A stretch of DNA of 63,798 nucleotides, counting the filler, from Reticulomyxa filosa (Eukaryota; Protista; Foraminifera), in the NCBI GenBank assembly GCA_000512085.1. It is 26 parts of 26 records of this genome, joined end to end, with 100 filler letters (N's around TTAATTAATTAA, not from the genome) between each part and the next. Parts side by side here need not be neighbours in the genome. Positions count along the whole stretch, not along the records: positions 49,042 to 50,521 come from ASPP01004202.1; positions 50,622 to 54,081 come from ASPP01001661.1; positions 54,182 to 57,786 come from ASPP01005143.1; positions 57,887 to 59,040 come from ASPP01029518.1; positions 59,141 to 61,128 come from ASPP01034868.1; positions 61,229 to 62,626 come from ASPP01021446.1; positions 62,727 to 63,798 come from ASPP01025204.1; 19 more parts are not named here. The stretch is one strand, 5' to 3'. The notes beneath the pieces were generated by a model. It was not told where the DNA came from. It did no database searches and saw nothing but the letters and a program-made list of their open reading frames with translations. Of this stretch, positions 49,400 to 62,900 are shown piece by piece. The translations under genes and the position numbers were made by a program. Position 1 is the first letter of the stretch. Every line of letters starts with the position of its first letter.

Positions 49400-50521
49400 A
49401 ATTGCTTTGGAGGCTGTAGTTGTTTTTGTGTGGTGAAAATACCACGATCTATAATGACTCGGAGTGCAAAAAGGTGATGATATGTTTCAGTTCGTTTTAA
49501 TTACGTGCTTGCAGTTTCGAATTGGCGAGTTATTGTTCATAACATCGACTAACCAGTGTCCCATTGCCAACCACAAATCTGCAGACACGTTTTTGCCAAC
49601 TAAGGATTGTAGTGTTTTCCAAATCACTTTTCATTTCCCAGCAAAATGTTATCTCCAATGAATGTCAGGTATTTAAGAAGTGTGAATGTTCGTGAAGGAG
49701 TGATAATATAACCCAAGATATTTTTGAATGAGAGCTTCCAAACATCCTTTCAATAAATTGACACCTCAATAATTTTTATTGACCACATCAGATGCTTCAA
49801 GTCCGTCCAAATTCACCAAGTTTCTAAAGAGTGCTTGGTGATATCACCAATTTGATTTACATTGTAATCTTTTGTATCAACGACGACAATGGGTCTTCCT
49901 CCCCTTTGGTCTCCTCATTTTCGGTCACTTCCTCGTCAATTTTTCTTTTTGCCAGATATTCGGTTCCTGGCTCGACTATTGGCTTTATCTGCAGCTACTT
50001 GCTCCATGAGCTGTCATCATGCTTGTCTTGTTCCAACGCCGACTTTTCCGCCTCTCGAATGGCGCTAATGAATCCTACCAATTTGTCGCGCACAGTTTGA
50101 TACGAGACATGGATTCCAATACGGTAGCGATAGAACAAGGCATGGACCAGTGTCCAACACGTGCAGCTCCAAATGCAATGATGGAAATGTTGATGAATAA
50201 CACACACTTTTTCAACACTTGAGTCGCGTACTTGCGCAAGCGAAGCTCTTGTGTTGGATCACTGGCCACTTGTACAAGTATATTTATCCATTCATGTACT
50301 TCCGATGGGATATCTTTCGTTTGCAAATAATTGGGTATTCAGTAAAGATGTCCCAAAGCTTATCATTGCGCACGTGCCAAGTTTTTTCTCTCTGACGATC
50401 AACAGCCATTCAAACAGTGCTTTCCAATCGATTAGACATCTCATCAATGCACAAAACGTTCCAAAATAGGTTGGGTTTGTGCACCAGATCAATAATAAGA
50501 CATTTTCCTCAAAATAAAGCA
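49400..50521 (-). pseudogene. Multiply frameshifted helical (possibly HEAT/ARM-like) coding sequence
   Basis: Coding-like composition. Protein-like segments (EVHEWINILVQVASDPTQELRLRKYATQVLK; VSYQTVRDKLVGFISAIREAE) switch frame repeatedly. Confidence 0.4.
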
Positions 50522-52239
50522 NNNNNNNNNNNNNNNNNNNNNNNNNNNNNNNNNNNNNNNNNNNNTTAATTAATTAANNNNNNNNNNNNNNNNNNNNNNN
50601 NNNNNNNNNNNNNNNNNNNNNGCTTTTCTCTTCTTCCATCTTACTCAGTTTTTTTCTTTTGGTTCTTGGTTTCTTAATTAAATGATGTAGAGGAATTGAT
50701 TCTGGATTTTTTGAACTGGGGAAGTTTTGTTGTGGCAAACCCTAATTTTTTTAAAATAAAAATTACACCATTTGAAAAAAAATTTAAAAATTAAAAAGAT
50801 CGTATATTCTAAATGCTGAAATCATGCAAAAAGATATAAAACATTTATTGTTAAAGATGAAAGTAAAAACAGACTTTATTGTAAATTTCATGTAAAAAAA
50901 ACAAATACAGCATATTTGTCCTTATTCAAATAATTATGTTTTTTTACAAAAAGGGGAGAATTTTAGGACTTTTAATTCAAAATTCAATTGCAAAAAAGGA
51001 TTAAAAGTAAAAAAATTTGAAGCAGTACAACCTTTGAGTAATTTCCTTTTTTTAATAATGAAACGAGATTGTTACATCATTTAAGAACTGAAAGGAAAAA
51101 AAAAGAATTTAGTGATTTTCTAGAAACGCATATTCAAGATTATCTCATGTGCAAATAATAACATCAAAAAGAGTTTAAATATTTTAATTCATGACACATG
51201 AATTTTGTTGTTCTTTTTCTTCATGAATGGTATTTTTTGAAGGTATCAAATTAATATTGTGTCTGATTCCATCCAATAATTCTTTAAAAAATAAGGAGAG
51301 ATACACAATTCAAATAATGTCAATTTGTTTTAAAAATTGTTCAATACAATAAATGTGACAACAATCTTCAAAGTATTTCGATATATATTTAATTTATTTT
51401 CTCTATGTTTGTTTAATAGTATTTATTAAGTGAATAAAAAATAATTGCAACAATAAACTAGATTTAAATGCATTTTAATTTTTAAAGAAAAGCATTCAAA
51501 AGACAAAAAGCTTTATTTATTACAACACAAATAATTATTTAAAAGATTTTGATAATAATTTAAATCTTGAATGACAAAAAGCCATTGAAACAAAAAATAT
51601 TAAAAAATGGAAAATTAAATCAATCATTTTCATGACGTGGTATGAAATATTGAATCCGTTTTTGTGAAGAACAATTATAATCAGTGTAATACTTTTTTAT
51701 GATAACTTCACTGAAAAAGAATAACAATTTCACATAAAAAAAGAGATTGCTTTAATACACAATTAAAATTTTCTCTTGTGAAGATGATACAAATAATTGC
51801 AATTATGTGATAAAATTAAACCAACACTAATAACAAACTACAAATAAAACAAATAAATTATGCAAAAATACAAGCAATAATAATTGCATACTAATTAAAA
51901 ATAAAAAAACACAAAATATAAAAGTAATGCTAAACACTAAATTTAAAAAAAAACAAAAGTGAAAAAAACGAAAATAAAAATTTTACCAGTGGTCCACATA
52001 GCAACATTTTCTATTTTTTGGTTTTTTTTTTGCAAGTTTGTCTTTTTTTCATAACATATCCAATGGAAAAATTAAGTATTGTGAAAAAGCGCATTTTATT
52101 GATGAAAAAGATTCCGAAATGGATTTTTTCTTGCACATTCGGATTCTCTACAAAAAATTACTCTAGAAAATACTTTTTATTTTTAATAAATATGAATAAC
52201 GAGTGAGCATTGGAATGCGAAACAAAGTGGATTAATTGA

Positions 52240-52715
52240 ATAACAATATGAAATTCAATGATAAATGATACTTTACCAACTAGTAATTATGATATTGATA
52301 TTCAATTACTATGCATATGTGTGTCGATAATATCATCTTGTCCTTTTGTGGATATAAGTGAATTTTAAGAAATATTGTTCCAAAATCAGTGCACAAGTAT
52401 TTAATCCGAGAAAACAAATGGACGATATTTGAAAACACTTTACCCAGTCCATTGTATTATTGTATTGCGATATTGAGTGAAGAAGAAAACATATACACAT
52501 CATCGGAGGAATGAAGGAATTAGACGATAAATATACATAAGTATCAACTTACATGAAGACAAAAGTACGTTTATGGGATCATTCACAGTTGGTAATGATT
52601 TGATTATTTATTTTGATGAAACACAAATAAATGTGATTGTGTGAAATGATTGACAAATAATAAATGATAAACAGACAAAAAAGAAAATAAATTTGATTAT
52701 TCAATATCGAACTTC
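52240..52715 (+). pseudogene. Kelch-repeat gene 3' remnant
   Basis: PKSVHKYLIRENKWTIFENTLPSPLYYCIAILSEEENI...MKTKVRLWDHSQL, an intron, then a partial INLIIQY module. Stops and frameshifts present. Confidence 0.7.
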
Positions 52716-53707
52716 TTTCAACGATTGTTCACAGAAAGCTGACAAATATTAACGTAACATGCACAAACAAATTTAAAAACGGTGTTTACCGAATATGTAA
52801 TGGACTTCTATTTAACTTTTTAATCACATGTCTTTCTTGTCTCAAAGTAAGACGTCAAAAAGTTGAAAGATCGTCACTTTTTAAAAATGATCTTGACAGA
52901 TAACTTTCCACACCTTTTTTGTTAAAGGACCAAATGTGTGTATCTTTGAACACGCATATGAATGCAGATCGCGTCGAATAAACTTTGTGGTTTTAAAAAG
53001 AGCACTGAATTTTTGTTCCCCCTTTTGTGTTTTTGGAAATTATTGGGACAAGGATAAAGTGTATTAAAGTGTTAACATGTTATACTTTTGAGAGATTGGA
53101 TGAACAATGGAAAATATCCATTTTATTTTATTTTATTGTTTACCAAATTACAACAAAATTATTTATCCTTTTTCTTGAACGTATTTATGGACTAATTGCA
53201 TATTTGCAAAAAAAGTAATTTTGATGAAAATCATTGAACAAAGAATAACTCTAAATTCAATGATCCAGTCCGGAAATGATTCTTAAACTATTGATGGGAT
53301 CGTTTGAAATTAGTTTCAAAAAAAAATAATTTATATTCAATTGTACGTTCTTATGCATTCAAATTACACATTTCATGTAATTTTGAGTAAACTAAAAATT
53401 AATACAAAAAAATTCTTGTTGGCTTCAAAAAAAGTTTTTTTGAAGAAACAAAACCTTTTCTGCTAGTAAAGAAGCAAAAATACTAAAAAATTAGAAGTTA
53501 TTCCAGTTTCAACAAATCTCACATTTTCTTTGTATGTATAAATAATGAATGTGATGATTATAAGTTCAATAAGACACAAAGTCTGCTTATAAATATTTTC
53601 TCATAAAAAATTGCTATAATAAATTGAAAAAAGTATGTCTTAATATTTTACAAAATAAAACAAATTCATTTCAATTTTTTATTGACCCCTCGTGAACTTA
53701 AAAAAAA

Positions 53708-54081
53708 ATGGAACAGAATCTTTCATCATCTTTACATCATCAAAGTTCATCTCAAATAAAAAAAAGATACTTTAGCTTAGTAAAAAAGTTTCGTTTAAAC
53801 TGGTTTTTTATGTTGTTCTTCTTATTGTTTTTCTCATTTTGCCTTATGATTGAAACAGTCAAAAGAAGAAGAGACCCAAATCATTATTCGCCATTGGATT
53901 CGAAAATTCAGCATTAAATTAGGATGGATCAAAGATTTTGACAAAATCGTTGTCAATTATGTTAGTTCATTTATTCTTTCTTTTCTTAAATACCAATCAA
54001 AATATTATAATATTATTTAACATAGGTATCTACTATTTTCATGTTTGACACATTTCATTCATCATCCAAATTAATCAATAC
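53708..54081 (+). CDS. 5' end of a WD40-family gene (lineage module plus start of propeller exon), truncated by contig end
   Basis: MEQNLSS...|KEEETQIIIRHWIRKFSIKLGWIKDFDKIVVNY|VSTIFMFDTFHSSSKLINT, the same exon layout as the WD40 genes at 46524-47122 and 61757-62626. Confidence 0.7.
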
Positions 54082-54231
54082 NNNNNNNNNNNNNNNNNNN
54101 NNNNNNNNNNNNNNNNNNNNNNNNNTTAATTAATTAANNNNNNNNNNNNNNNNNNNNNNNNNNNNNNNNNNNNNNNNNNNNATAATATCAATAATATTGT
54201 TATTGCTTGTTAAAAAAAAATTACTTATCAG

Positions 54232-55423
54232 AATTGCAAAAAGAACAGCTTCTATTTGAAGACAAAATCAAGAATACATGCGACAACCAAACAAAGGAAT
54301 TAATGAAGTTGGAAGAACAACTTTCTCTTCGTTACACACAAGTCCAACAAGGCTACGAAAAACAGTATGAAAGCATTGAACACGATCTAATGCTGCAAAT
54401 GAAGCTTCAGTTACACGAAATTGAAGAACGCAAAAATTTACACATTAACGATTTGATAAATAATCATCAAAATGCTTTTGCGAAAATGAGAGCCTATTAC
54501 AATGCCATCACCAAAGACAATTTGGATTTGATCACTGCGCTCAAAGTAAGGGCTACCACACACAAACAATTCATAAAAAGAAACTATTAAATTATAAACA
54601 TAAAAAAATGATAAATCTACACTTAGAATGAACTAGAGGAATTAGAAGAAAAAGCCAAAAGCCATGAAAATCGTTATCAACAAATTTCAATCGAAAATAA
54701 GAAATTAAGTGTACCTTTAGAGCAAGTGCAGCAGCAAGTTGAACAGTTCCGCAAAAAATTGACAAATTATCACAAAGTTTAAAATATTTTGAGCACTTGT
54801 TTTGAAAAACAATATTAACAATCATTTGTTTTTTTTTTTAAATAGGAAAAAAGTCTCTGAAAGCGTCCAAAACGAGATTAAGCGTTTTGGATGAAAGATT
54901 AAGAGACACTATAAGTGACTTTGAAAATTTGAAACACGAATTTGAAGCCTTGCAACAAAGTAAGAAAGAGTTACAAAAGTCTCATGAAGATGATGTGAAC
55001 ACAATGACAGATGACTTTGAAAAACGCAAAACTGACCAGATCCAAAAAATTCTGTTGTTGCAACAACAAACCGATCAACAAGAAAAGCGGGTTGATGAAC
55101 TTGTCAAACAGCAAAATATAGACACACTGACACTTTCAAATTGGTCAGAGGAGCTCAAACAAACTTTGAAAGACAAAAATCAAGAAATTGAGTACTTGAG
55201 ATTTCAAGTGATTAAAGCTGCTAAAGTATGTTGAAACAATACACTATAAGCTTGGACTCCGAGTTTTCAAAACATAAATAATAATAAAAAAAAGATACAT
55301 GATGATTTCGCCCGACAAAACGAGACCAAATTAAGGAAATTGGGTATTCCAGAACAAGATTTGCAAATATCGTTGGTTGATGCACAAGGTTCTCGAGTGC
55401 CTACTTTGATTGATCAAGACTGA
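54232..55423 (+). CDS. GAS8: Growth arrest-specific 8 / dynein regulatory complex subunit 4 (trypanin), 5'-truncated
   Basis: Signature LHEIEERKNLHINDLINNHQNAFAKMRAYYNAITKDNLDLITALK. Later exons give ENKKLSVPL, LKDKNQEIEYLRFQV and KLRKLGIPEQDL. TGA at 55421-55423. Confidence 0.9.
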
Positions 55424-55560
55424 AAAAAAGTATAAAGTGTGAGATTTTTGAATCCATTCCGCCCCACTCTCAAATGAAGCAAAAGAGTGAATTTTTTTTT
55501 TTTTTTTTTAAGGAGCAATTTTTTCACATTTCTCGTGCAACAAAAAAAGTCCAAAAGTCA

Positions 55561-57786
55561 CTATTTTTTTTGAAAAATTTCGGGCATTTCTTTATCTTGT
55601 GAGCCCAAGGCACCAACTTTGACAATACCTCCTAACGAATCAGCGTCATTGATAGCCACGTTCCACATATGACCAAAGGAGTTGGGTATTTTGGTAAGAT
55701 AAAAGACCCAATGATTGAAAACCATTTTTGTTTTGGGGTCTCGTCCCATTTTGCTCAACATCAAGTAGTTGTCGGAGCCAATGAAACCGCTCTTTAAGAC
55801 TTCGGTCATCGCACTTTTGAGATGTTCTTCATCGTCATCCAACTTTGGAAAAGGGAATTGCAAAATGGCCCAACACAAGTCGGCATATTCAAGGATGAGT
55901 TTTGCCACGTTGTCACTCATGGTTACATTGGTCAAAAAATTGAGGTTTTTTTTTCGCAGTCCCACCATCGCTTGCCAATTCCCAACACACAAATCTCTTT
56001 TCCTTTGATCGTTTCCATTATCTTCTTGTAGTTGCCCTCTGAGGTCGTTTGTCAAAGCCAAGGGAGGGGAACCCATTGGTCCCAAGTCACGATACATACA
56101 AATAAACAAACAAATAAAGTCTGAGGTATTGTCCTCCGCCGTTATCCTAATCTCGATTTTTCGCATAAAAGAAAAGGAAGGAGAGGGGGGGGGGGAAAAA
56201 ACCTGTAAGTAGTACTCGATTCTCCACGCTGTCATCAGTCGATTGTTGTTGTTGTTGTTGTTGTTGTTGTACTTCAGTGGTTGATTTGTTTGCTTGTGGG
56301 ACTGTATCAGCTGGGGCAGATTGTTCTTCATCCAATCCCGCCACGTGTTGTTTTTCTTTTTCGTTTTCTTTTTCCTTATCTTTGTCTTTGTCCTTGTTTT
56401 TGTCTTGGTCTTGGTCTTGGTCTTTGGCTTTGTCTTTGTCTTTGTCATGTTCAGATATCTTGTGTTTCGACGTCCTGTGTGTGGCCTTGTTACGTAATGC
56501 CAGAAGCTCTTCCGCACTCAGCACAGACATCTTGTACGGTGCAATGAACACCAAGCTGTCACCGCACCAAGTGAACCCATCCCATCCCAAAGGTATCCCC
56601 CCATATTCCAGCTTCACTTCGCATACCCATTCCAATCGTGCCACGTTCATCACGTGCACATATCAACTTTTTTATTTTTTATTTTTATTTTTTTTTTTAT
56701 TTTTTTTATTTTTTTTTTATTTTTTTTGCAAAGCAGAAAGATTAAATGTGAAAGGCGATTGCTTTGTGCCTTATGGCAGAGCAAATAACAAGTAAAACGC
56801 ACGTGCAATACAATACATAACTTGGCGTCTCTCGGCCTTTCAAATATCGCCAAAAAGGTTCCTTGAGCATATATGCATATATGTATATGCATATGGATAC
56901 AGCATTAGTATTCAATTTTTTGTTTGTTTGTTTGTATTCTTTCCCTCCTCTCTCTCTCTCCTCGCTTGCCATTGCAACGCTTCTAAAAAAAAAAAAAAAA
57001 AATCTTACCATCGTCACTGAAAGACATGTCATGGACATATTGGAATATATCCGTCCATACAATCTTTCCGCCGTGCAATGACACCAATAACACTTGGTGA
57101 TGTACCTTGTTCTTGTCTTCTTCGTCTTTGTGGGCCACCAACACACTGACATAGTTAAACTTTTCATTGAAGCGGAAACCCCAATATTGTGGGACTGCCT
57201 AATTTCATTTTTTTTTTTTTAATCGACTCTTTTTGCTTGTACACATTTCAAATAAATTTAAAAATAAATTTAAAAAAAAAAAAAAAAAATTGAGCCAAAC
57301 TTTTTTCTCCGCAAAAATAGAAGTTTCAATCGTCACTTTTGCAATGGTCTTCCCTTCCACAACATTAAGCTATACGTAAATATATATGTATATATGCATA
57401 TGTATATAATTCACAAGTTTCGAAATAGCGAATAAACTAATGACGTGGATAACATGAATTGGATACGAATAAAAAGTATTTAACGTGACAAAGATCATAG
57501 TTCATTTGTGAGCCATCTTCGAGACGGTGATGACCGAGCAAAAACAAGACTGTCCCTTTGCCAAAGTTGATGCATTGCTTTTCCGGAATCAGCGTCTTTT
57601 CGTCGGGATATTGTCCTTTCAGCCACTCCTCGCAGTCGATTTTGTGCAGCACATTGCTTTCGCAAAGCAGGCAATACAGATATTTACGCTTTGCGTTCCA
57701 AGCCAAGCTAGTCCCTGTTTTATCAAAATGCTTTCCAACGTTGTCACTTCTTGGATACTCATACTTTTCATTTTTTTTTTTTTTTT
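55561..57786 (-). CDS. Hypothetical multi-exon protein with KD/QD low-complexity tract, 5'-truncated, convergent with GAS8
   Basis: Minus-strand coding blocks at ~57755-57480, ~57200-57010, ~56660-56205 and ~56090-55561 separated by T/A-rich introns. No recognisable domain. Confidence 0.6.
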
Positions 57787-60695
57787 NNNNNNNNNNNNNN
57801 NNNNNNNNNNNNNNNNNNNNNNNNNNNNNNTTAATTAATTAANNNNNNNNNNNNNNNNNNNNNNNNNNNNNNNNNNNNNNNNNNNNCTAAAAAAAAGGCA
57901 ACGTATTTTTATCCCATTGGTGTCGAAGTTCATATCATTTGCGCTTTGATTGCATTTTTTTGGCTACATTGAATCCTTTGAAAAATAATAGAGAATGTTG
58001 TAAAGCTCCATCCATCCATTTGGAACAGAAGATGGAAAGACAAACTCCAAGTGATGAAAATGGGTCACTCAAGTGTGTTTGCAATGTCAAACCATGGATT
58101 TCATTCCCACTTTTGAATTTATTAGAAGTGACACATATTGGTAAGCGCTTTGAAAACCAAATTGGACTTGCCTGACGTGGCATTAATGAGAACAGTTTCT
58201 GTTGGCGCTGCTTCTAAAGACATCTGCCAAAAAAAGGTGCTCAAATTGTTTCCTTTTTGTATTTCAAACATACATTAACACAATCAATTCCACTAATTAA
58301 AAACTTATCGGATGCTCCTTTACACGCCATTTTGTTTGTTTGATTGGTCTTTCCACATACAATGGGCTATCATCAGAGGAAAAAGCGCCAGAACAAACCA
58401 TATTCACTGTGATATTGAAGTCTTTTGATAAAGATAAAAAAAAAGTCAAAAATTTGTTTAAACTTGGTTTGAAAGAAGTTTAGTGGCAACACTTTTTTTT
58501 TTGTTGCTATTATTAAGGGGTTTATGGAGCGCAATGCTTGAATCATAAACATTTTATTAAATAAATCCAAACAAAAAACTTATCAACCTTTGGTGCTATG
58601 AGAGTGAAAAAAGCCAATCTTATTTCACACTTTCTCACAGTTCCGTTAATTGCGTTATTGGGATATTTTGATATTTCAATTTTTTTTTGCAAACTCGGTC
58701 CATTTTTCCTCTGTTTGGTACAGTACTGTGCATGAAATTTGCTTCAAACTTTTCAAATTAATTGACTTAAACTTTTGTTTCATTTAATTATGTTTGCCAA
58801 AATACTCTTATTTTTCTTTTCGGAAATGCAAAATAAATAAGCTGGTCAATGAGATAGCTGTCATTGTTATCAGTGCACAAATCTGTTTAAAAAAAAAAAT
58901 TTGTGGTCATGAAATTTTGTAAAAGGTAAGGGACCAGGACCATGATAGAGTTTATGACTATCTTAAAAGGGGTAGCTTCAAAACCAATGATGTTGATTAT
59001 CTGGTCTTTATCCACTAAGTGCTAATGCTCTCCTAATTGCNNNNNNNNNNNNNNNNNNNNNNNNNNNNNNNNNNNNNNNNNNNNTTAATTAATTAANNNN
59101 NNNNNNNNNNNNNNNNNNNNNNNNNNNNNNNNNNNNNNNNATATCGTTTTAGGCGTTCAGTTTTCTTTGCAACCTACTTTATCAATTATGATCAACATAA
59201 TCTTTTTGCTTATTGAACGTCGTAGAGTAATTTGTCTAAATAACATTAAGTATTTAATTTCTTTGATCAATAACATACAAATAAACTAAATTCAAAAATA
59301 ATTTGATTATTGATAATCAAGATTACTTGTTTTCAAATCCTAAAAGCTGCTAAAATATTTTTTTACTCAAGTCTCTTAAGGTGATGCATCATTAATATGA
59401 GCTTTTTTCTCTCAATGTTGTATATTTTGCTTCAAAAAGCTTTATTTAATGTAAGAAAAATGGTATAGAGTAAAGTGATACAATTCCATTTTATAATGTT
59501 TTTTTGAATTATTTTATATTCTGTCGTCATTACAATTTGTATACATTTCATCAATTGCTCTGTTAACGCAAGCACAAAAAAGTATGGTGATTGTCACATT
59601 TTTTCAGAAATCAAAAATAATCAAATTCATCAAATAAATATTAAAATGATTCCATACAAGTAATTAAATCTGGATTAACATTGTTAACATTAATCATTAA
59701 ATGAAGATAATGTAATGTCTATCTAAAATGTTTTCTTTTTATACATTATACTTGCATTAAATGTAATTATATCAGGAACCGTTACCATTTTAACATTTTC
59801 CTGTTTTGAGTATTTTGATGCTGTTCACGCAATGCGGTTTGATAAAATTGTTCAATTTTTAACAACTCCTCATATTGATATTGATATTTCTATAACCTTA
59901 TTTTGTAAAGAAAATTTGTGATATGCCATATACATAGTTTGAAATGGATATCATAATTTTTTGGATCTCTAATTATATATTCCATTTTATCATTACAGTA
60001 CAAGGAATCAAGTTGATTGGACTTTAAATAAGCTGGGTGATTGGCATAGTTGATACCCATCCATACTAAGGACAGTACCAGGAGTAACCAAATAATCACA
60101 TAAGATGGACATCTTGCACATCATTATCCATATCTTCTTCTTGTATTTGTGGTAACCACGATTTCAAACATATGTTTTTGTCATTCCATCCTCTTACATT
60201 TAAAGCGTAATATCTCCATCTTTGTGGTAAATAATAGTGTTTTTTTTCTTTTTTAAAATCTCTCAAAATGTATTTGTTCTCAAATTCAAATATCACAACT
60301 TCCAATCTTGTACACAAATTGCTTTTTTGTAAAATCCAATTCCGTTGTCATCTTTTTATTAATCATTTTATCCATAACCGCAGAATCAGCTGGAATGTTA
60401 TATTTCCTTTTTTCGGAGAGATAAAACATTATTAAACTAATTGATGATCCAATGCATACGATGCTTTCGATTGTATCGTCCAATTTTAATTTCTCTAAGT
60501 GTGGCTTTGTTCAACTTTTACGTTTTTTCAAAATCCACAGTTCAACCTCTTGGATTCGTTGTCTCCTTAGATGTGCAACATTTTTCTTCTTGTGATTATA
60601 CTTTGATATTCGACTTTTTTAAAATATAACAGGACGTAAGAGGGAACGTAAAAAAAAGTTTTGTTTTGAAGAGAACTTTATCATTATCATCATCA

Positions 60696-61128
60696 TGTTT
60701 AAACAATTTCAACAAACGTTTCCTAAGATAGATGAGGACATCATTTCAGATGCATTGAAATATTCTTATGAAAATGTTGAGAAGACAAAGGATATCTTAA
60801 CATGGCTAACAGAGAACACGTAACAATCAATTTCTATTTTTTCTTTTTTTAACGTACAAAAACATTACATATTTGAATATTTTAATATAGCACAAATTTA
60901 CAGCAACAACAGCGTTTGATGCAATTACTCAAAAATGCTGGCTATCAACTTGAAAAGACAACAATATCACAAACATGGAGAAATTGCAATCAAATTTATG
61001 TTGATACAATCATGAAATTAAGAGAAATTTGTGCAACATCGAATTTGAATAAGTTAAATACGTATAAAATATCATTACATAAAAAAAAGATTTTATAAAT
61101 AAAATAGGTATCAAGAAGAAAATGAATT
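60696..61128 (+). CDS. 5' exons of a gene with a CUE/UBA-like helical N-terminus, truncated
   Basis: LKQFQQTFPKIDEDIISDALKYSYENVEKTKDIL fits the CUE pattern (FP.ld...I...L....NVE.A...L). Short GT-AG introns at ~60820-60890 and ~61050-61107. Confidence 0.5.
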
Positions 61129-61756
61129 NNNNNNNNNNNNNNNNNNNNNNNNNNNNNNNNNNNNNNNNNNNNTTAATTAATTAANNNNNNNNNNNNNNNN
61201 NNNNNNNNNNNNNNNNNNNNNNNNNNNNATGTTGATTTTTCATTGAGAAAATCAATTATCATCATAATATATATTTTATGCGTTCAGTTTTCTTTGCAAC
61301 ATACTGTATTTTCAATTGTGTCTTAATTCAACAGAACGATACCAATTTTATTCATTTTATAAGTCCAAATTTACAAAACTTATTAAAGATTTCAAAGAAA
61401 TTGATAAGAAATGTATTTTAATACTAATGTGTTTCATTGGCAAGTCATCCCTTCTTTATCTACTGTTTCTTAAATTATAAATTATTTAATATCCATTTAG
61501 AAGGATAATTACTTTTTTAGCTTACATATTTGAATTTGAAATAAAACATCACAATTGGTATGCTTTAATATATTTTGTTATCACAGTCAATTTTGAAATT
61601 GAAGAGTCAACAAAGATGATTAAAAGTGCAAAAGAAAATGCTGATTATCATACCTTTCTTTCTTTTCATTATATCAAAAAATAAGTTATCAAAAAAAAAG
61701 AAATTATCTTTTTTCATTTAATTCATTCAAAGTCAAATCAACCAACAACATATTCA

Positions 61757-62626
61757 TTATCCCCAAATACGAATCAAACCACTATATAAACCGTAACACA
61801 AATTAATATCACAATCAATGTCATTATTACTTTTTCTATCCTTTTCATTCTTTTTTAATTGTAAAAACTTCAAACAAATTATTCCTTCATTTCCTTCGAT
61901 CATAAACAATTCATTCTTATTTGATCGAATATCCCAAAAACAAATTGTATTATCATATGATCCAGAACATATCACATTTGAATTACCAATACTATTTTTT
62001 ATTACAAATGGTGAATATTCAACAGCATGTATATAATCTTTATGTCCATAGAACACTTGAATTAGTTCACCAGATCGAATATCCCACAAACAAACACTTT
62101 TATCAATTGATTCAGATAATATTGTATTTAATAATTCATTTGATCCATATTTTACACAATACACATAGCCTTCATGTCCTTTGAATGCATTCAATTGTTT
62201 TGTTGTTTCAATATCCCATATTCAAATGGTATTATCATATGATCCAGAACACAAATATCTACCACCATTAAATAATGAAAATTCAATTCCACAAACACCA
62301 TAAGTGTGTCCATTGAATATTTGTAATTGATTATTATGTTTGAAATCCCAAAAACGAATGATTTCATCATCTGATGAAGAACAAATGACATTTTGATGAT
62401 AATTATTGATTAATTTGGATGATGAACAAAATGTGTCAAACATAAAGAATGTAGTTGCCTGTGTTAACATCAAACAAATGTTTATGTATTTATTTTTATT
62501 TGAATTAAATGAAATACAAAAATAAAAGAAAACGTAACATAATTGACAACTAGTTTATCGAAATCATTTATCCATCCAAATATAATATGTAATATTCGAA
62601 TCCAATGTTGAATAATGATTTGGATC
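61757..62626 (-). pseudogene. WD40-repeat pseudogene with N-terminal lineage module
   Basis: IQIIIQHWIRILHIIFGWINDFDKLVVNY, an intron, then FDTFCSSSKLIN and WD repeats with an apparent internal deletion and an in-frame TGA (YDNTI*IWD, 62222). Ends GLIRIWG*. Confidence 0.85.
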
Positions 62627-62900
62627 NNNNNNNNNNNNNNNNNNNNNNNNNNNNNNNNNNNNNNNNNNNNTTAATTAATTAANNNNNNNNNNNNNNNNNN
62701 NNNNNNNNNNNNNNNNNNNNNNNNNNCACATATTGATTATAATGAAGGTACAAATATATTTAATTTCATAAAATATATCTCTTTTTGATGATATTTTATC
62801 TTTTAATGAATATTCATGTTTATGTAACAGTAATTTTATTTTATTTTTTGGTGGATTAAAGATTTGTATTGATTCAAAGGAAATTGTTTCAAATAATGTA

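Noticed and set aside
57887-60600. Short ORFs in contigs 57887-59040 and 59141-60600 as genes
   Set aside because: They are fragmentary with no recognisable motifs. They may be decayed coding sequence, but I cannot support a call.
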